Part shown: one piece after another, positions 59,054 to 64,000 of the stretch
How the letters are laid out: the number at the start of each line of letters is the position of its first letter
Position numbering within the stretch: position 1 is the first letter of the stretch
DNA from: an uncultured Chlamydiae bacterium
Lineage (GTDB): Bacteria; Chlamydiota; Chlamydiia; Chlamydiales; Parachlamydiaceae
Reading direction: 5' to 3'
NCBI GenBank assembly: GCA_963754655.1
Contig: CAVWGN010000001.1
Span: 544,001-608,000, forward strand
DNA: 64,000 bases
Made by a program: the position numbers and the translations under genes
Notes under the pieces: model-generated
What the model was told of the DNA's origin: nothing
Databases searched by the model: none
What the model saw: only the letters and a program-made list of their open reading frames with translations

Positions 59054-60307
59054 TTAAATTGTTGGAGTAGGTTGTGGGGGTGGCAAACCTTCTGAAAATC
59101 CCATTTCAGGGATGGGAGGAATCACTTGCATGACCTGTTCGAGTATAGCAAACTCTTCTAAGACTCGATCGATTTCTTGTACAATTGTAGGTGTATCGCG
59201 ATGTTGAGCCATTTTTTCAGTTTGAAATAGTGCTTTCAAGTCAATCAAAGGCTGGACAAGAACTTTAATGCTTGTATCTTTTTGCTTTTTAAACGTCCCT
59301 TTCGCAATGGCAGCCAATCCATTGATGATAGCTTGAAAAGGCTCTTGCAATTCTGCATAGGTAATATCAATTTCCGTCAAAATTGTTTTAGCAACTTCTA
59401 ACAATGTGCTTGTTGTCAATACAGCCACCTCATCAAAGTGATGTTGCTGAGCCTTTAGCCCGAATTTTGTGAGAAAGTGCGTAGGAAAATTCACCATCGA
59501 GAGGTCAAATTGAGCACCATGCACGATAATTTTTCCCAGAATCATAATCATCTGACGGCACACCGTTTCTTGGCGCTCACGCAAGGCTTTATCATTGATG
59601 AGTTCAAGCCGCTGCAAGAGATAAAAAATAATAAAACTTGATTCATCTCCGCCTCGCGTTCCTTGTGGGTTACTCGTATCTTGAGAAATATGTCCAATAC
59701 TTTTAGCAGAATCAAAAAATGTTTTAATAATCGGAGGAAAGGTTTGTAAGGCTTGAGAGCTAAGTGCAAGCTTGCTCCTTTCAACAGAGCGAAGCGTAAT
59801 TTCTGAAAGGCTATCTAAATCATTCAAAAGAGAGGCTCGATTATCATTTTGAATGGCTTTTTCTGCTTGGTTTGAAATATGAGAGACTAGAAAAAATGGA
59901 TTTAATAAATTGACAAGGCGCCGCCAACTATCGCGAAAAATATCTAATGCAAGACCAAAGAAAATCAACCAGCCGAAAAAGAGCCAATCCTGATAAACGA
60001 CATTGTGTAAGCGCGAAACGAGTGCAACACCAACATAAGAAATCAGAGTAAATAAAAAGAGAAGGATGCGGCCAACCCGCAAAGGGATATCCTGCCGAAC
60101 AAGACTCATTAAATTGGGAATCAGTTTTTGTTCCAAATGTTCAAGAGGGATTAAAATAAAGGTGTATAAAAAAATCGTTCCCATCAAGACCGCTGTGCCT
60201 CCAACTAGCATGATCACTGTCAAATAAAAGACATCAACATTGATTTCAGGATGGACTAAAAACATGAGAAGGGCAGAAATAAGAAGTGCACAAAGAGTAA
60301 TGAGCAT
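59054..60307 (-). CDS. Hypothetical membrane protein
   Basis: About four N-terminal TM segments, helical C-terminal domain; AAGGAG SD. Confidence 0.8.
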   Translation of the reverse strand: MLITLCALLISALLMFLVHPEINVDVFYLTVIMLVGGTAVLMGTIFLYTFILIPLEHLEQKLIPNLMSLVRQDIPLRVGRILLFLFTLISYVGVALVSRLHNVVYQDWLFFGWLIFFGLALDIFRDSWRRLVNLLNPFFLVSHISNQAEKAIQNDNRASLLNDLDSLSEITLRSVERSKLALSSQALQTFPPIIKTFFDSAKSIGHISQDTSNPQGTRGGDESSFIIFYLLQRLELINDKALRERQETVCRQMIMILGKIIVHGAQFDLSMVNFPTHFLTKFGLKAQQHHFDEVAVLTTSTLLEVAKTILTEIDITYAELQEPFQAIINGLAAIAKGTFKKQKDTSIKVLVQPLIDLKALFQTEKMAQHRDTPTIVQEIDRVLEEFAILEQVMQVIPPIPEMGFSEGLPPPQPTPTI

Positions 60308-60426
60308 GAGGATCTCCTTGTTATATCGTTTAGCTGAAGGTTAGAGAACAAGGATTTTATTGGCAAATAGCAAAAAGAGAAAAAAGAAAGAAGAGGAGAA
60401 AAATAATTTTTTCTCCTCTAAAAAAC

Positions 60427-60729
60427 CTAACGACGCCAGTAAGAATAAGAGAAGCCAGGTTGAACATACATGCCTGGTCTTTCTACTACAACAGGAGCGC
60501 CGTAATAAGGATAGACAGGCGCTGGAGCAACGTAAGCAGGATAAGGATAAACTGGTGCTGGAGCAACCACTGGAGCTGGTGCTGGTGCTACCACATATCC
60601 TGGATTTCCAACGTTAAAATTTAATCCAAAAGAAGAGCGGCAATGATGCCTTGCACTTGCTTCTGGAATAAAAGCCCACATAAAAAACATAGAAAGAAGA
60701 AGAATAGATGATAATTTTGTGATTTTCAT
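60427..60729 (-). CDS. Small secreted Pro/Val/Tyr-rich protein
   Basis: Signal peptide (ASA), VAPAPV repeats; GAGGTG SD. Confidence 0.8.
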   Translation of the reverse strand: MKITKLSSILLLSMFFMWAFIPEASARHHCRSSFGLNFNVGNPGYVVAPAPAPVVAPAPVYPYPAYVAPAPVYPYYGAPVVVERPGMYVQPGFSYSYWRR

Positions 60730-60884
60730 ACTTCACCTCATAGTAAACAACAATGTTTAAGAAACAAATTTTTTTTAGTCCACAACAAACTCGAACTCAT
60801 TTTACTAGAGCTCGTAATAATCGGCAAGATGAAACGAAGAAGATTGTTGATTTTCAAGTATTTGTAAATTTACTTTTAATCTAT

Positions 60885-61478
60885 TCAAACTAAATCACAA
60901 GCTTCGTCGGGCATCCAATGTTTATCTTTTCCTATCCATTTGATTGTACAACCAATGGGGTTGGTTAAAGGCTTTCTCACGGAATGACCCTGAAAATAAT
61001 CATCTAAGGCGTTTTCCAAGTCGTTGATTGTCATTTGAGAGGGATCGCGTGGAGAATCGATGGCACGTCCGGTATAAATAAGATGGTGTTGCTTATCGAA
61101 GACAAAAAAATGAGGGGTACGCAAAGCGCCATAATCGCGCGCCACTTCTTGCGTTTCGTCTCTTAGGTAGACCCAAGGGAAATGCTGCTGCTGCATGCGC
61201 TCAACCATGTTCTTATAAGAATCTTCTGGATAGCTAATCTCGCTATTAGAATTAATTCCAACAAAGTCAACATTTTTATTTTTGTATTTCTCAACAGTGT
61301 GACGTGTTACTTCATCTGAGCCTTTAACATAAGGGCAATGGTTACAGGTAAAAAAGATGACTACAGCATTTGCATTGGCAAAATCATTGAAAGCGTAGTA
61401 CTTACCATCAGTTGCTTTTAAGCGAAAATTAGGAGGAGAGGAACCTAAAGGCAGTGTATAAAATTTTGAATTCATCAT
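60885..61478 (-). CDS. Thioredoxin-like (AhpC/TSA) family protein
   Basis: CNHCPYV, YGALRTP, IGCTIKW. Confidence 0.9.
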   Translation of the reverse strand: MMNSKFYTLPLGSSPPNFRLKATDGKYYAFNDFANANAVVIFFTCNHCPYVKGSDEVTRHTVEKYKNKNVDFVGINSNSEISYPEDSYKNMVERMQQQHFPWVYLRDETQEVARDYGALRTPHFFVFDKQHHLIYTGRAIDSPRDPSQMTINDLENALDDYFQGHSVRKPLTNPIGCTIKWIGKDKHWMPDEACDLV

Positions 61479-61651
61479 TTTTACCTTAATAAAAACGGAG
61501 ATAAAATATTATTGTTTCTTTGTTGGAAGAATTTATTGCTAATAATTTCATTCTTGTATTAAATATTCAATACTTTTTTGAAAAATTTACTTGCTTCTTA
61601 ACATAGAGATAGATAACAATATTAGAGATATGGAGAATCCTCACTATATAT

Positions 61652-62236
61652 ATGCAAAAAAAGTTATTAAATGCAATAGATGATTGTATTCAAGCATTGG
61701 AGCAGTTAAAAAGGCCCCTTTCTCTGCTTTTTATGCAAAGAGTAGCTCATGCCTTGGCAGCTTGTTTTGCTAGAGGCAATAAAGTGATTTTAGCTGGCAA
61801 TGGTGGCAGCTTATGCGATGCTGCTCATTTTGCTGAGGAATTGACAGGAGTATTTCGGCAAACACGGCAAGCTTTACCAGCTATTGCCTTAACTGAAGCT
61901 GGCCATTTAACTTGTACGGCAAATGATCTGGGATTTGAACACGTTTTTTCAAGAGGGATAGAAGCGTATGGACAGCCAGGCGATATTTTTGTAGGACTGA
62001 CAACTAGTGGAAATTCCCCTAATATAATTCGAGCTTTTCAGGAAGCGCAGCTTAAAGGATTGGAAACAGTTGCATTTCTTGGTAAAGAGGGTGGCAGGCT
62101 CAAAGGATTTGCTAACTTTGAGTTGATTATTGAAGATTTTACGACCTCAGATCGAATCCAAGAAGCTCATATGGCAGCCATTCATTTAATTATTGAACAA
62201 GTCGAAAATTTACTCTTTTATTCTCCAAAGGACTAA
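61652..62236 (+). CDS. gmhA: Phosphoheptose isomerase
   Basis: GNGGS..DA.HFAEEL, TTSGNS, RIQEAH. Confidence 0.95.
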   Translation: MQKKLLNAIDDCIQALEQLKRPLSLLFMQRVAHALAACFARGNKVILAGNGGSLCDAAHFAEELTGVFRQTRQALPAIALTEAGHLTCTANDLGFEHVFSRGIEAYGQPGDIFVGLTTSGNSPNIIRAFQEAQLKGLETVAFLGKEGGRLKGFANFELIIEDFTTSDRIQEAHMAAIHLIIEQVENLLFYSPKD

Positions 62237-62892
62237 TGCTCTGTCACAGGAGTGTTTGCCTATTAGGATAGTTTTAAAATTCCTATGCGTTAAGGTAAGA
62301 GATGGGTGTAGGCTACGTGTCGCATTCAGTCGCCAAGCCGCTTCGCTCTGGGCTCTATGAGAGGGGTCATGACCCACCGTTCGGTCGCCCTCCGGGCTCG
62401 GTCACGGTGGGCTAGAATCAGTCGTCCTACGGACTCTAGCGGCAATGTAGAAGTCATTGAATGTTAGGTAAGGTGTTTGATAATAATGCTGCTAGAAAGC
62501 TAGTCAAGGCGTTTTGATAATGCCGCTAGTACTCAACCACATTAGTTTTGTGTATTTAGACTGCTTCAAAGCCCCGGGGTTGAATTGGCGTAAGTGGGTC
62601 CATATTACCAATATGGACCCACTTACGCCAATTCAACCCCGGGGCTTTGAAGCAGTCTAAATACACAAAACTAATGTGGTTGAGTACTAGAGTCCGTAGG
62701 ACGACTGATTCTAGCCCACCGTGACCGAGCCCGAAGGGCGACCGAACGGTGGGTCATGACCCCTCTCATAGAGCCCAGAGCGAAGCGGCGTGGCGACTGA
62801 ATGCGGCACGTAGCCTACACCCATCTCTTACCTTAACGCATAGGGATTTAAAACCATCCCAATAGGCTAAAACTAATGTGGTTAAGTACTAG
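62232..62892. repeat. Nested palindromic element between gmhA and lpxK
   Basis: ~62259-62430 is the reverse complement of ~62687-62866; degenerate A-type outer ends. Confidence 0.9.
62530..62686. mobile_element. MITE 'A', perfect 157-bp palindrome flanked by CTAG
   Basis: Identical 77-bp arms around an ACC loop; CTAG at 62526-29 and 62687-90. Confidence 0.85.
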
Positions 62893-62937
62893 ACTTCCAA
62901 ATCTCTAGGATGCAAATGGAAGGAATCAAATTGTCCT

Positions 62938-64000
62938 ATGATAAGCAAAAAATTAGAGCTGTATTTAAAGGATATTGTGCGAGGACGCAGAAAAGGGTTA
63001 ATGGCTTTTTTCATTAAAGCCATTTTACTTCCTCTCAGTTGGCTATACGGATTAGGTGTCAATTTTCGCAATCGCTTATATGAAATGGGATGGATGCGTC
63101 GTTATGTGCCCCCTGTTCCATTGGTAATTAGTGTGGGAAATATTGTCGCAGGTGGAACAGGGAAAACGCCTGTGACGCTTTTACTTGCTGGAGCCTTCTA
63201 TGAGCGTTTTACCGTGGCTATATTATCACGTGGTTATCGATCTAAGGTCGAGAAGCTTGATACACCTGTTATGTTATGCGAAGGACACGGTCCGAATTTG
63301 CCTGCTAGCTACTGTGGCGATGAACCCTATTTATTTGCGCAGCGTCTGCCTAAGGCGATTGTCATTGTAGGGGGTAACCGTAAAAAAGCCTCATTTTTAG
63401 CTGCTAAGGCTGGCGCTGAGGTCATTTTGCTTGATGATGGAATGCAACATCGTCGTTTAGCGCGAGATTTTGATGTTGTCGTTGTGGATGTTGGAGATCC
63501 TTTTGGTCAAGGGTATTATCTTCCTAGAGGATTTTTAAGGGATGAAATTGGCTCGTTAGCGCGCGCCAATTTGATTATTCTCAATCACATTAGCGATACT
63601 GAGCAATTTATCAATGTCAAAATGCAATTGAAGCCCTATAGCACTGCGCCTGTTATAGGAACAAAGGGATCTATCATTGCGATTCGAGATCTCAAGGGAC
63701 AAGAGATTGTGCTATTAGAGGAAAAAAATGTGGGGATGTTCTGTGCGATTGCTCATCCTGAGTATTTTCGACGCACGCTTGAACAGGAAGGATTTAAAGT
63801 TGTTCACGAATTGATTTTAGCCGATCATGATACGATTCGCGAAAAGAATCTTGAGCAATTTGCGCAGGCGAGTTTAAAAAAAGGTGCTAAGTGGTTGATT
63901 TGCACGGAAAAAGATCGCGTCAAACTGCAAGATCAACTTGATTTTGCTTTGCCCATTCTTTGGGTGCAATTGGAGTTGCGCGTGGTCGCGGGTCAGGACG
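62938..64000 (+). CDS. lpxK: Tetraacyldisaccharide 4'-kinase, truncated by the window end (absent from the ORF track)
   Basis: VISVGNIVAGGTGKTP, LSRGY, GDEP, LLDDGMQH, CTEKD. Confidence 0.95.
   Translation, partial: MISKKLELYLKDIVRGRRKGLMAFFIKAILLPLSWLYGLGVNFRNRLYEMGWMRRYVPPVPLVISVGNIVAGGTGKTPVTLLLAGAFYERFTVAILSRGYRSKVEKLDTPVMLCEGHGPNLPASYCGDEPYLFAQRLPKAIVIVGGNRKKASFLAAKAGAEVILLDDGMQHRRLARDFDVVVVDVGDPFGQGYYLPRGFLRDEIGSLARANLIILNHISDTEQFINVKMQLKPYSTAPVIGTKGSIIAIRDLKGQEIVLLEEKNVGMFCAIAHPEYFRRTLEQEGFKVVHELILADHDTIREKNLEQFAQASLKKGAKWLICTEKDRVKLQDQLDFALPILWVQLELRVVAGQD

Noticed and set aside
9403..62892. Repeats as a CRISPR array
   Set aside because: No regularly spaced short direct repeats with unique spacers and no cas genes; the repeats are long inverted arms

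Overview
AT-rich bacterial chromosome segment, most likely an environmental chlamydia (Parachlamydiales-like). This is inferred from the nrdR-dksA-lspA, RlmI-like/TrmH/lpxK and Zn/Mn-ABC synteny, cyoABCD, and F-box/LRR effector-like genes. Housekeeping genes (dnaB, ndh, mnmA, gmhA, lpxK, two tRNA-Ser) are interspersed with accessory loci: an NHEJ system (Ku and a LigD split at an A7 slippery site), a type III PKS-methyltransferase-flavoprotein cluster, a PTP-like phytase plus GH3 glycosidase, and several candidate effectors. There are three IS elements (IS607 tnpA/tnpB, a DDE IS with 16-bp IRs, a frameshifted IS5). The most striking non-genic features are (i) nested 'Russian-doll' palindromic miniature elements at ~9.4-11.4, 20.0-22.0, 50.2-50.7, 58.6-58.9 and 62.2-62.9 kb, with target-site duplications and locus-specific arm covariation, (ii) an unannotated His-rich leader peptide upstream of a Na+/solute symporter, and (iii) a 19-bp tandem repeat that builds interlocking sigma66-type promoters. 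All calls are by eye from motifs; no searches were run.
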